Below, piece by piece: positions 15,502 to 29,170 of a DNA stretch of 64,000 nt; within the stretch, counting starts at the first letter, position 1; each line of letters opens with the position of its first letter. The notes beneath the pieces are model-generated. The model had not been told where the DNA came from. It did no database searches and was given only the letters and a program-made list of their open reading frames with translations. Location of the stretch: the NCBI RefSeq assembly GCF_009914755.1, contig NC_060931.1, one strand, 5' to 3'. The DNA is from the human T2T-CHM13v2.0 reference genome, Homo sapiens. Position numbers and translations under genes: made by a program.

Positions 15502-17699
15502 TTACCCAAAAAGTACTTTCAGCCCCAGTGAACTTCTATGAAATTGTCTTCATATAGCATTTAAAAGTTTGAAGAAAAACACAAGATAATTGTGTGTCCT
15601 ACCTCCGAAGTATTGACTTAGGAAGGGAAAGTGGGCTGCGTTGAACAATGAGATTATAATATGTTGTTAATGCTTTGGAAGTATACGTTTGATATGATAT
15701 TTCAAAGACATTAATGTCATCTACAAACTTAAACTGTTTCTATAGGGCTATACATTTCTGAAATACATCATCATACTTAGGAGTCTTTGTTTGGAACTTT
15801 AGAGAAGAAAGCTATTAAACTATGAGAAGATTAACTTAAATATGATAATCCATTAGGTGTTCGGATAAAAACACCTGTATTCGTTCTGACAGACTCATCA
15901 GAATGAAATATTCAAAAATATTTTTTGTGTGAAAAATCTAAAGACTAGTATGTCATTGGACATTTATACTTTTGCTCCCGGCAGGACACTATCACAGACA
16001 TTTTTATATAGCCAAGATTAGGAAATCTCCCACCCGTAAGAGCAACAAGCACAAAGGAGCTGATTGGAAGCTCAGTCATATTCTTCTATAAAATAGAGGG
16101 GCAAGTGCCCCTCCTCAACTCCAAAAGGAGTCCTTCAGCAGAACGCGTTCACTTGTCTTTCATCATATTTCTCTGTCGTTTGCAAATGAGCCGTAAATAT
16201 TTCTGTTTCTTTACTTCTCTGTCTTCCCCTTGATGAGTGCTGGCTTCATTTAGCCATTTGGCTTGAATGAGTTTGACAAAAAATAAGCTATGTATTTTCT
16301 GAAATCTACTTATTTCTAGCCAGATTTTTTAATTTTGTGAAATAAAATTTCAAGTAAAAAATCTGCCTCGTGTGGCTTATTTAGCTGATTTATATTCCTG
16401 AGTATGTGTAGATAATTTTATTTGGAAGGATGCCTTCAATGTGAAGAAGTAGCTGTAGCTTAAATGCAATGCTGTTTTATATTAACAATAAGCGTTGTTA
16501 GACAATGCTAAAAAGAAAGCTTATGTGTCAATTTTCATGACTTTATCTTATCCCTTGAGGCAAATTCAAAAACAAAAGGGAAAAGTTTCTAATGCACCAG
16601 AGAACATATTTCGAGTTAGATTAATTTTTTTTTCAATTCAAGCAAAAGAGAAAGCGAAAAAAGATGTCTTCTAAGGAATCAATTGAACCTGAGAATTAAT
16701 ACAAAGAAACATTTCTCTTCTTGTTCTTTAATCACCAGTCATAGAAAACAAGTCAAAGAAGAAGAAAATACACCATGCAAATTACTTCAATGCAATCTGC
16801 AGAAAACCTTAGGCTAGTTTGAACGATGGTAGGAATTTTAAAACTGGAAAATCATAATTCCATAATAATAGTGTTATTATTTCTCTGTTATATTGTGTTC
16901 TCACTCCTGCTTATGGGCAAATGATTTTGTTTAATAATGATTGTTCTTAAAGCATACTTTAAAAGAAATTAGTGCTTTAAAGTATTTAATAAGAAATAAC
17001 CCCAGTTGGCCCTTCCAACATTTTCCCAACCTATTTTTTCAAGGAGAAAATAGTTACATGTATATGTATATAAGAAGTCAAAAGTTTTAATTTTACTGAC
17101 TTTTCCTAGAAGAAATCCAGCATCCTTATACTTTAAGTTAATCCTGCACACTTGTTGCAAATCACAGTAATAAGTGTAGTCAAACTCTTACCTGCAACCT
17201 AAATATTCTTCAGGCCTAAAACATAATTTGCCTCTTTGCCTTTAATAAACGACTGTTTTAAATTACATATAAACTGTTATAATACGTGTATATCTTTACA
17301 TGATATACACATATCCATGCATGTATTCATACATAAGAGAATTGTCAATTCATCTACTGATAAAAAGGTGTCAGGAAACCGTTAAAATATCTCCTGGAAA
17401 AAATGAATTTAATATTTAAATAATTTGTTTAAAATGTTGACATTTAGAAACAAGTTGATACAATTACTGATTACAATATCAACCGTATGGTGGTTCACTA
17501 AATATGGATGCATCTTAACTTTTCATCTATTTGGTGCAAAACAGTTTGGTATGCCAGGGGCCTTTCTTGTGCAAATCAACCTGATAATTCAGGTAGTGGA
17601 AAGCCGGCAGTAACAAAAAAAACCTTTCAATTTAAAAACTGAAAAAAAATGTTTATCCTTTAATTCATCAAAGGGTGAGTTTTTTAAAGAAATGGATAG

Positions 17700-18004
17700 G
17701 GCTGGGCACGGTGGCTCATGCCTGTAATCCAGCACTTTGGGAGGCTGAGGCGGGCGGATCACAAGGTCAGGAGTTCGAGACCAGCCTGACCAACACGGTG
17801 AAACCCCATCTCTACTAAAAATACAAAAATTAGCTGGGCATGGTGGCATGCGCCTGTAATCCCAGCTGCTCAGGAGGCTAAGCCAGGAGAATCATTTGAA
17901 CCTGGGAGGCAGAGGTTGCAGTGAGCCAAGATTGCACCACTGCACTCCCACTTGGGCGACAGAGCAAGACTCCGTCTGAAAAAATAAAAATAAAAAAAAG
18001 AAAC
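17700..18004 (+). mobile_element. AluS (Sg/Sx-type), full length
   Basis: GGAGTTCGAGACCAGCC and GAGGTTGCAGTG; TSD AGAAATGGATAG. Confidence 0.94.
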
Positions 18005-18084
18005 AGAAATGGATAGGGTAGAATGGAATACACATAAATACAATTTTTAAGGGATCCTCTTTTGACCAAGCTTTTATTACAATC

Positions 18085-19040
<956 letters not shown>

Positions 19041-19874
19041 GGTCGAAACATGAAACCTTATCTTCTGAATGCTTCCATTTGAATTAATAAAGATAATATA
19101 TTTTGGAAAGAACTGTATCTTTCAAAAATTATTTAAAATAATTTATGTATAACTCTTACTATTTCAAAGGTATCTGTATAATAAACTTTTTGAACCGTAG
19201 GGTTCTTTCCTAATAATTGCCATTCATAATTAAAGTAAGTATCAGAGTTGTATTGTACCTATATTTGGTTTTACTTATAAAATATATCAATATATAATAT
19301 AGATATTAGCACTATACACACATAAAAAGATTTGAAGGATTCAGAGATCTAGGCTCCATTATTTACCCTTCAGTTCACCTGCATGGCCTCTGATAAAACC
19401 CATACAGGTCATGGTGTATAATGGTGACCTACTGTAAAGTTATTAAAGGAGTAATATCAATTGAAACTGCTGTGTCTGACATGGAATGGGTTGAATCGAA
19501 TCAATACAGCCTCTGGTTTTTAGTATGCAGAAATTCATTTGGAAAGTATGTCTTCTTGGTACCCAAGATGGGAGGTCAAACAGTTTGCCTTTATATGTTA
19601 AGACCAGCAGTACAACTTAAACATAGAACTCTGATTAATTCTACTCTTTTCTGTCCATAGAGATTTTGTATCCATAATGTATCCATGTATCTAATGTAAC
19701 CATAGAGACTTTGATTTTTCTTGATATGCTACAAAACAACAAACGTGATCCATACATGGCCTATAGATGATCATCCATGCTCGACTATCAATAACACCAT
19801 ATTGTTCCCAATGAGCAGAATGCTGCAAGTATCCTAGGTGCTCTAGTAATTCACATGTGCCAGAGTGTAAAAGA

Positions 19875-20083
19875 CATTGTTAGGGGCTGGTTTACTATAT
19901 TTTCTGAGTCTTGGGGGTACATATCTCTTCCCAAGGATACATTCAGGGGTGCCCAATTAATACTTTGAAATCAGCCGTGGTGGGAATATTTATATTTTAA
20001 AAAATAACACAGCTAAAAATCAGGACCTTTTCTTTTTACCTGGAGAGCTGGCTGTTAAACATTAATTTACCAGAACAGCACTG
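19875..20083 (+). mobile_element. MER63A-like hAT MITE inside ERVL pol
   Basis: ATCTCTTCCCAA..TTGAAATCAGCCGTGGTGGGAATATTTA..GAGAGCTGGCTGTTAAACATT..CAGCACTG. Confidence 0.75.
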
Positions 20084-20121
20084 GAGAAATTCTACAAACA
20101 TTGGGGAACTTACTGCATTAA

Positions 20122-20485
<364 letters not shown>

Positions 20486-21119
20486 TGGGACATCCTTTTT
20501 AAGATGATGAGCAAGTTTTGAACCTCATTCTTTCTCAGAAATAAGCACAATAGTTTCGGGTCTTTGGGGACTTTTAAAAGCAGCATATAGTACACTTGGG
20601 AATACTATTCTGCTTCATTTATCACAAGCTGTGAAAAGCTGTTAGTTATAAGTAGGTCCCAGGGGAAGAGAGGGCTCTGAAGCAAGTTCAAACTATGGTT
20701 TAAGTTTCCATGCCAATTGAGCTATATTATCCAAAACTTCTGACAGGGCTGGAGTTTTCCTTGTGAATGGAGATGCTGAATGGGGTCTCTGATAAGACCT
20801 AACAAATGAGTTGCAATACAGATCCCTTGGAATCTGGAGCAAAAACATGTTCACCATGACAGAGAAAAAATTCTAGTTTGAGAAACATCTCTCCATCTGC
20901 TACCGGTCTTTTCTAGAGAAAGGTAATGACCATGGGACGATAAGTAACTATGAGTTTAAATGGCCGTTCATGAGCTGCATATTATTGAGTTACTAAGTCA
21001 TGAGTTCATGGATGTTTCAGAAATTCATCATGAAATGGAAATTGTACAATTAGGACAGGACTCACGAAAGCTCGAGCAGCATGAGTAAAGTTCATGAACT
21101 GCCACTGTTCCGCCAAGAG

Positions 21120-21520
21120 ACATGGGTATTAACTCTTCCAGAAAATGACTGTTCTAAAGAAGATATTCAAATACTTTCTTTCAGAAAAGTGAATTGAGAA
21201 GCACGGAGAGGGAAGTTTATCTTCTCTGCATTTCCGTTCCCTCAACGGTCAAAATTCATTCCATGGATTGTTACTATCCCTGAATTTTAGGCTGCATTAT
21301 CTGACCCTTTGACAGCCATTGGGGAAGTCGGTTCCATGCCATGTGGTGCAGTATTTCATCTGGAAGTGGTGGGAGGATCACAAGACTCTGAGCATCAGTC
21401 TCAGGTAGGAAGAACATCATTGCAAATGGAATTGGTGGTCTTGGTAGAAGCCAGTATAGCAAGCAGCTAAAAGCCCAAGAGTCAGATAAGACTGAAGCAA
21501 TCTAAGGATGTGCATGAGAC
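21120..21520 (-). mobile_element. Possible LTR33-like ERVL LTR
   Basis: GGTCAAAATTCATTCCATGGATTGTTACTATCCC resembles a recalled LTR33 block; very diverged. Confidence 0.35.
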
Positions 21521-21609
21521 AGCCAGTTCTCATCCTTAAGAAAATTAGTCTCACAAAAAAATTTAAAAATCTGAGTATATTTACTTGAAACAAACAAACA
21601 AAAACACTA

Positions 21610-21696
21610 TATACTTAGTATGTTTTGGGTATTTTAAGTGATTTATATATATTAGATCATTTAATCCCCTTGAAACTCTATGAGGTAGGTACTATG
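21610..21696 (-). mobile_element. MIR fragment
   Basis: TCATTTAATCC..AACTCTATGAGGTAGGTACTAT MIR core. Confidence 0.7.
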
Positions 21697-22254
21697 ACCT
21701 AGAAAGTTTAAAAATAAAAGGAGAGAAAACTATATATAAGAAAATTATGAAAAATGAAAGACAATGAACTATAAATATTGGACAATGTAGCATGCAAGGC
21801 AAAAATGAGTAAATGGGAAAATAAGTCACACAATAATTCAAACAGGTGTGTATATTACAAAGACATAAGGGCTAAAAGCATGTACCAACAATGGAGCAAT
21901 AGCATGGTATACCTAGTGAACAAGAGTGCAGATTCAATGTAGGAAATTCCATTCAGTAATAATCGACTAACAACCAAACAAGAATGGAAAATTATATTCT
22001 ACATAAATCTATGCCCTCAGTATAATTTGATGACAGAGAATGCTGAGATGTTAAAATAACTTAAGAAAAAAAAAAGAAAAGAATTCATCAAATGGCAGCA
22101 TGTGACCTCTCACACTACCACACTACTGCCTCCCCATCAATAGGGAAAAAAAGCAGATGATGAAAGACTGCAGGGAACCCAGAAGAAGTGGCCTAAGTTA
22201 TTGATTTTATACTCCCAGTCTTAAAGGAACTTGATCACTTTCCCCCATTTTCAT

Positions 22255-22595
22255 TGCTTTGCAATGATTTTTAGAGCATTAATCTGGTTTTTGAAAATGT
22301 GGTAGAATTCCTCTGTGAAGCCATTTGAGTCTGATGCTTCTGGGGCAGTTCCTTAACAATTTTCGTTCTTAGAAAATTGGTCTGTTGAAGCCTCCTAACT
22401 CTGTGGGGTTAATTTGGTAATCTGTATTTCCTTAAGAAATTAACCGGTTCATCTAAGTTTTCAAATTAATTTTCATACAAGTCTGCAAGTAGTCCTGTTA
22501 AACATCTCATGTTTAAATATTTATTCGTCCTTATTTCTTATTTTGAATATTTATGCCTTCTGTTTTCTTTTATTAGTTTAGCTAGTGGTTAGCTT
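22255..22595 (-). mobile_element. Old L1M ORF2 fragment
   Basis: TGGTAGAATTCCTCTGTGAAGCCATTTGAGTCTG is the reverse complement of the PDGFTxEFY motif; TTCATCTAAGTTTTCAAATT. Confidence 0.75.
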
Positions 22596-22676
22596 GTTTT
22601 GTACTGTAAAAGATATAAAAATACAGGAACACTAATCCTTTGCTTAAAGGAATAGACCATATGTCTATTGTAAATA

Positions 22677-22970
22677 CATTTCTTTTCATGGTTTCCTTCT
22701 AGTGGTTTCTGTGTTCTTTATTCCAGAAACTCAGAAACATCTATTAGGAATCTATGAAGATGACTCGTTAATTACTTTTTTTGTGATTACCTTCAAATGA
22801 CTTCTGTGTTATTTGTTCTAGAAACTCAAGAACATCTATTGGAAATCTATGAAGATGACTCATCACTTCCATTTCTTTTCATGATTACCTTCTAATGATC
22901 TCTATGTTCTTTATTCTAGAAACTCAAGAACATCTATTAGAAATCTATGAAGAAGATTCGTTACTTACAT
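22677..22970. repeat. Tandem repeat, 3 diverged copies of a 95-98 bp unit
   Basis: GAAACTCA..AACATCTATT....ATCTATGAAGA recurs at 22726, 22821 and 22919. Confidence 0.92.
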
Positions 22971-24297
22971 AGATCAAAACAGAAAAAAGAAATAAATATC
23001 AAATATGTAAACTAGAAATAACCACCATTCATTCCTGATTACAAACAAACAAAATTCTTAGCAAAATATCAGTAGAACAATATTCCTTAATGTAATATAA
23101 TTTAGCATCAAATGACAAAATAGTTCTGGCTGATGAGAAGAGAGACATTTCTATTAATTTGAACACAATACAATAACTTCTGTTAGGAATACTTTTGTTT
23201 ACCTGAAAGTGTTAGCTAGTATAGATTAGAGAACAAAATAAGTGCTAACATATTTTAAGCAATGTAAAAATTATTAGTCTCACAAAGTAAATCATTAATT
23301 CTGAGGCTTTTCATGAGTCAATATCCTTTGAGAATTTGATAATTATTATTCATCTCTGAGGAAAAATGTCAGATAGATTTTCAAAGTCACAAAATTTAGC
23401 ATGAAATATAGTTTATCCTTTTGAAATTTAGTTATTCATTTAGTTATTTATTTATGTAGTTATTTGTTATTATTGTCATATAATATAGAAACAGTACTTC
23501 AAAGATATATTCCTTATATACCTTCCTTATTATCAGTTGATTACCATTTCAGGAAAAAGGGGAAATTAATACAAGTTGTATAATAAAGCAAAAGTATTCT
23601 CTAATTATTCTCAGAAGTGATTTTCAAAATACCTGATGCTAAAATGAAGTTTAAGCATTTGGAAATGTGGAAGTGTTTGAGAAATGACAAGGCACATGTA
23701 ATTGTTACTATATAACCACTTTTTTATAGCTATACGTGCAGAAAATTCAAACTCATAGATACATGAGGGAATAAAATAAAAATCAAGGTTTTCTTAGCTC
23801 ACTTCAACAAATATATCTAAACTGTGTTTCTCAAGGAACACCATAATTCACTGACAATTTTCCAGGTGAATTTATGCTGGAGTTGCTTTTGTATTTATGC
23901 CAATTAGATAACATTGACTTAGGTTTGTGTCAAAAATGCTATCGTTATCTGCAAAATAACAATCGAGAAACTACCCTCCAGTTTGAAGTAATCTGATGAG
24001 GTAACCTTCCAAAAAGTTTTGCAACGTTTGCAGGTGACTGAATATTTTATCTTTCACAGCAAATAAAAACTATTGTCATTCTTTATTCCCATCTCCTATA
24101 GCAATTCTTCAGCTTTGAGGAATTTACATGGTTGAATACTTCCAATATATGTAAAGGAGACTAAAAATATTTTAAAGCAAAACTATGTCAATTTATAAGT
24201 TAATTAACTAGAAATTATAATAAGTTAATATTTTTCTAAATATATATACAGATGAAGTTGACTCAAGAAAGGGAAAATATGAATACATAGATAATTG

Positions 24298-24430
24298 CAG
24301 AAAATGTAATAAAAATTCAAGAATTACATTTAAAAGTAAAGCTCTCGGATAATATAACTTACCAGAAAATGTAATAAAAATTCAATAATTACATTTAAAA
24401 GTAAAGCTCTCGGATAATATAACTTACCAG
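24298..24430. repeat. 65-bp tandem duplication (one mismatch) within a decayed L1M-like ORF2 fragment (about 24180-24485, +)
   Basis: CAGAAAATGTAATAAAAATTCAA(G/T)AATTACATTTAAAAGTAAAGCTCTCGGATAATATAACTTAC twice, then CAG. Confidence 0.95.
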
Positions 24431-25379
24431 TGAGTTCCCTCAAGCTTTCAAAGAATGGATAACTCAATGCTGTATAATCTTTCAATGTTTCCCTTAGGTT
24501 GCCAAGATATCTAAAGTTTAATTCCGGACTTAGGAATTTAGCACATGGATATCTGAGGAGGCTAAAAGAAATTGAAACAGCGGAACAATCAAACCTCACG
24601 AAAGAATAAGAGCTGGAAGAATACACAGCATAAAACTATTAGTATTAGCTCAATTGGCCAATTAATTTTATCCCATCACTGGTAGACATATATTGATACG
24701 TAATCTAGAACTTCTTATCTAAAGGAACTCAACTACTTTAGGTTTTTTAAAAAATCTACTTTTGTCTTATTCTTCACTTTTTGGAAGCTATAAAGTCAAT
24801 GCCTCATGGAGGGAGAAGGCAAAAAAAAAAAAAAAGGAGGACATAACTAATTTGCTAAGTCAGCATCTATTATTGCTCACTTAGATTGAATAGCATTAAT
24901 GTTTTCTCATATAGGCTCATATGCACAAAGCATAGATTAAATCAGTAGTAAAAGTTTAGCCATATACATATATTTATAAAAGACTCAAAAACATTGTATA
25001 GGAACAAAAAGATAAAGACAGATGTTAAAATCCTAAATAAATGCCCAGGGAACTGAAATCAAACACCAAGATGAACTTAGATTTTTCTCTTAAAGAATAC
25101 TTTATATTATAAAATCACTCCACACATCCTGGGCCACTAGGAAACAAAATGTTCACAATTACATTAACAGATATCTCTAGAGAATTCAATTAAACTGTTC
25201 TTAAGTTAAAATTACTTGGAAAATAAAAAAAAATATTAAACTAAGGGCTAACAGGATACTGAATTCATTCACATTAATATTAGAAAGCTACTGTCAATAT
25301 TATTATTTAGTTTTTCATTTTGAACATCTACTGCCTCCTCCAAAAAAGAGTGTTATACAGATGAAAAGGAAGAATTTAA

Positions 25380-26200
25380 ATTTTTTTAATTTATGCAAAT
25401 AATCTATCTGAATTACTTTGCCTAAAAAGTCCAAAGTTAAAAGCTGGTAAAATAAACCCAGCCTACTACAATTCAATATACTCAATGTGAAATAAAGTCA
25501 TGCTTATAAGTACAGGTCTTTAAACTCTTAACTCTTGATCTCTTAGAGAATATACTCCACCAAAACTGGAGAGTAAATACCAGAAAGGAAGATACTAGAT
25601 GAAGATAAATGGGATTCAACAGAGAGGAGAGGGAAAGAAAATTCCCAAGATAATGAAGAAAATGGTAATTTTCCAAAGCCAGATGTGTAATAGACTTTTT
25701 GAATAAAAAGTTCCCATGAGAACAGAGAAACAGAGAGGTATTGAGGATAATTTTACAATTCTGTCAGTGAGTTTGTGTGCTGAGTTAATGACAGGTACAT
25801 AGGAAGAAAAGCAACTGAAGAGAATGGGTAACCCCAGGATAAACAAACAAAATAATGTATCCAATAAACTGTAAGTGTCTTCAATAAAAAACCGTGAGAA
25901 AGTTCGGTCAATGGCACAACTAACAGTAGTATTTGCAAAACCATAAAATGTGAATTCTGAAATTTGACCTAACTAGAAAGTGGGATGTTAGTATTTCAGG
26001 AGGATGACAGTAGGAGAAGTGCCAAAGGGGAGAACTCTGTGAGCAATACTTTTCTTCTGTAATGTAAGTCAATAAGTAATGTCTAACATTGAAAAATAAA
26101 CAAATAGCTCTATAAACTATATTAGTTAGAAATTTGGAAATATGTATTTTTTAAAAGAGGACGATGGAGTGTATAAAGGAAGTAGTAATTAATGACGGCA
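25380..26200 (+). mobile_element. HAL1 (half-L1) fragment
   Basis: TAGAGAATATACTCCACCAAAACTGGAGAGTAAATACCAGAAAGGAAGATA..AATTCCCAAGATAATG matches the recalled HAL1 signature; boundaries approximate. Confidence 0.6.
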
Positions 26201-26230
26201 TAGAAAGGGCATTTTATTACCAGCTTTGAG

Positions 26231-26290
26231 ATATTATTAGATATTTTGAAACAAAATGGAATATTATTAGATATTTTAAAACAAAATGGA
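26231..26290. repeat. 30-bp tandem duplication
   Basis: ATATTATTAGATATTTT(G/A)AAACAAAATGGA twice. Confidence 0.92.
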
Positions 26291-26324
26291 GTATTGCTCT
26301 TAAGCAATACTTTGTATTTAAAAG

Positions 26325-26492
26325 GCTTACGTTTAGCCCCCAATTTGGCCACTTACTAACTGTGGGGACTCTGCATAACTCAAGAAACCTCTATGTTTCA
26401 ATCTTTTCTTCCTTATGAAAATAGGGATAATGAAGGTAACTACCTAAGGCAGGCATAAAAGTATAAATGAACTAATACATGAATGGCATTTA
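26325..26492 (+). mobile_element. MIR
   Basis: GCCACTTACTAACTGTG..AACCTCTATGTTTCA..AAAATAGGGATAATG. Confidence 0.75.
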
Positions 26493-27926
26493 TTTTAAAT
26501 ACATATATCACTTTTATAAAAAGTGGCAATTATGATTTTTATAATATGAAATATTAAATGAGAAAATCTCTTGATGACAATAATACATTTACAAATGAAT
26601 AATTTATATTAATCATGTATAAAACCTGTACAAAGTATTAGCAAATTGAGAGAGATAAAAGTTTTGAAAAATTCTGAATATAAAATTATTCCATTGAAAA
26701 TTGGTATTAATTCTAATAAAGATATATTTTCATGCTGCTTAATTGTATTTAGATATAAATACATATCATGAGGAACAAAATAAATGTCATAACACTTTAT
26801 AGACATTTAGAAAAGCAACTGGCCATCTCTTATGGAGAAAGTGTTAAACCTGTTCTATAAATGGAAGAGGTGCTGCAAACGTCAGGATTTTTTGAAATTT
26901 TCAAACTGACCCTAAGGCATGCCTTTTTCAATTCAGCCTCTTACACAGACTTCAAAATTTCTTTCTTTGTTGAATCATTGTCTTTACCATTGCCTTTTCG
27001 CAGCCCCTTTTATTTAAGCAATCAGACATGAATCTAATTTTACCATTAATATTTGTAATTAGTGATCGGTAATTCAAATATAAATATCCTTGGATGCAAT
27101 GGGGAGGGGTTCATGAAGAAGTGACTTAAAAATATACATATACACCTAAAAGCTTAGTCTAAAGATAAACACTTAAAAGTGTGTGAAAACAGTCCTGAAC
27201 TTTAAAGAAAGCAAAGTAGTTCACGGACTCCCCTTTCTCCCCCTAAATGAAATACTTATAAATAGAGGCTGATCTCATAGAAACTATTAACTTTCCTTAT
27301 AAACTGAGGAATTTAACCACCCACTGTGTGACATCAATGGAATTTACAGTCTCAAAGTAATTTGTCTGAACACACCCGAAAAACCATTTATGCTTATGAA
27401 TATATTCTGGCAGAGTAGATAAAACGTCTGGGCAAAGATGCATTCTACTTTACTGGTTCAATCTCTCACTAATCATTGCTGTGTGCACACCAGTTAGTTT
27501 TGAACCCCTCCCTGGCTTAACCGCACGAGCATCCCACTAAGTGACCCGGTAACTTTTAAGATCTTCTGAAAAAAGAAAAAAAAGGATATAAAATTTCACC
27601 ACATTTTCCTGCAGAGGTGGTCCTGTAAAAGGAACACAGTATGTATTTACTTCAATGATATTTTAAAAGAACTTTTGAATGTTTCTTTCTTTCAAAACAC
27701 TTCAGCGATCAAATACAGGCCCACTGTAGAGATAATTTAGTAGTTCCCTACCAGAGAAAAGACAGAGGGTGACTGGACATAAAACAATTATTTTTTGCAA
27801 AGACTTGACAGAAATGTATAATCCAGGTAATTGCTGGGGTGGACAAGCTAAGGTAGGATGCTTGTGATTGGCAAGATAAGAATGGGGCAGCAGAGGCATC
27901 TCAGGGAAGAAGTTGCAAGCCCAGCC

Positions 27927-28128
27927 TGGAGCCCCAATGCATAGATTTGAATCCCAGCTCAGTCACTTACTATCTGTGTGCTGGACGATTGTTTTGACCA
28001 CGTTGTGCCTCAGTTCCTCATCTGCGTGATAGAGATAATGATACTACCCACCTTGTATGACTGTGGCGAAGATTAAATTAACTCCTGCTTGTAAGTGTTT
28101 AGAACAGTTCCTGATACATAGCAAATGA
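27927..28128 (+). mobile_element. MIR
   Basis: TTTGAATCCCAGCTC..CACTTACTA..GTGCCTCAGTTCCTCATCTG..TTAGAACAGTTCCTGATACATAG. Confidence 0.88.
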
Positions 28129-28949
28129 TAACTTGCTTTCATTATGAGAAGCATTCAGAAAGAGCTCCAACTGGGCAACCCAAACTATCAATTTCCTACT
28201 CTCCAATTTTGTCCAAGTCTGTCTCTGATTATTTTTATTACCCCAGATTTGCTGCACTGTGGCCTTTAGAGATCACTTCACATCTGTGTGAAATACTTCA
28301 TGTGAAAATTCAAGCAGAGGACTGACCTCCCTCAAAGGAGGATTAACTGGTAAATGATTGCCAAGCACTCAGAACACTTGAAGAGTTCCAAAAATGTTGC
28401 TTGTTAATTCTCATCCTGTGAAGGGCCAGCTGATGACAATCCTAGCCTGAAGTGTCTCATCTCATATAAATACTCAGCCCAAAGTTGCTGTGAAATTTCC
28501 AACTTTTGAGTGGCCAGAGGGCACACTAAGAAGACATTCATTGAAGGGTGTCACAGCCTGCACCTGGCATAAGATTAGTAGCTGCTTAAGGAAAACGTTA
28601 TTTCCGGCATTCAGCTTTCAGGTCATTTAATTTTTTTACATTTTCACATCTGACTAGTTAAGTGGGCTCCGCATGGCCATCTTTCTGTCATATACACAAA
28701 CATCATATGGTGAAACGCAATATTATCTAAGAAAAATCTGCTAGATCAAGATTATGGAAAAAGGAGCAGTTTTTGGTGTGTTTAGTAAGGTCTTCAGATG
28801 ACATCATATTCACAATTTTTGTCATATTAAAGCCCTCTAGGAAGACTATTTAATGGTCCCAAAGGCATCTTCAGCAAAAGTACAGGATGAAATGTAAAAG
28901 GAAAGATTTTGTGGAATTGTGAATTGCACAGGAGTACAATCTAGAGATA

Positions 28950-29170
28950 AATATTCATAAGTCATTAACAAATTCCAGATCAGTTCATGATTATTCATCA
29001 TTAGAGCACATGTACTGGGTTTTATATGAATTATTCATTGGCTTTGTTTACGAACATCTTTAACTGATTAATGGCAAATCCTGATGAATATTCCCGAATT
29101 GTTCAGACTGAAGCATAGATCATAATGAATGAAGTCATGTATTGCTTCTTAGGAGTGTGAGATGAATAGC
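28950..29170. promoter_or_regulatory. Candidate POU-factor (Pit-1/POU1F1, POU3/POU4-type) enhancer
   Basis: Five TATTCAT/ATGAATA cores at 28952, 28992, 29032, 29084 and 29162; forkhead TGTTTAC at 29045; TGATTAATGG at 29065; no repeat recognised here. Function is inferred. Confidence 0.45.

Noticed and set aside
28983-28998. Assigning the POU cluster to the POU1F1 autoregulatory distal enhancer (AGTTCATGA resembles its nuclear-receptor element)
   Set aside because: That enhancer lies about 10-12 kb from the gene, and I see no POU1F1 exons within 29-35 kb on either side.
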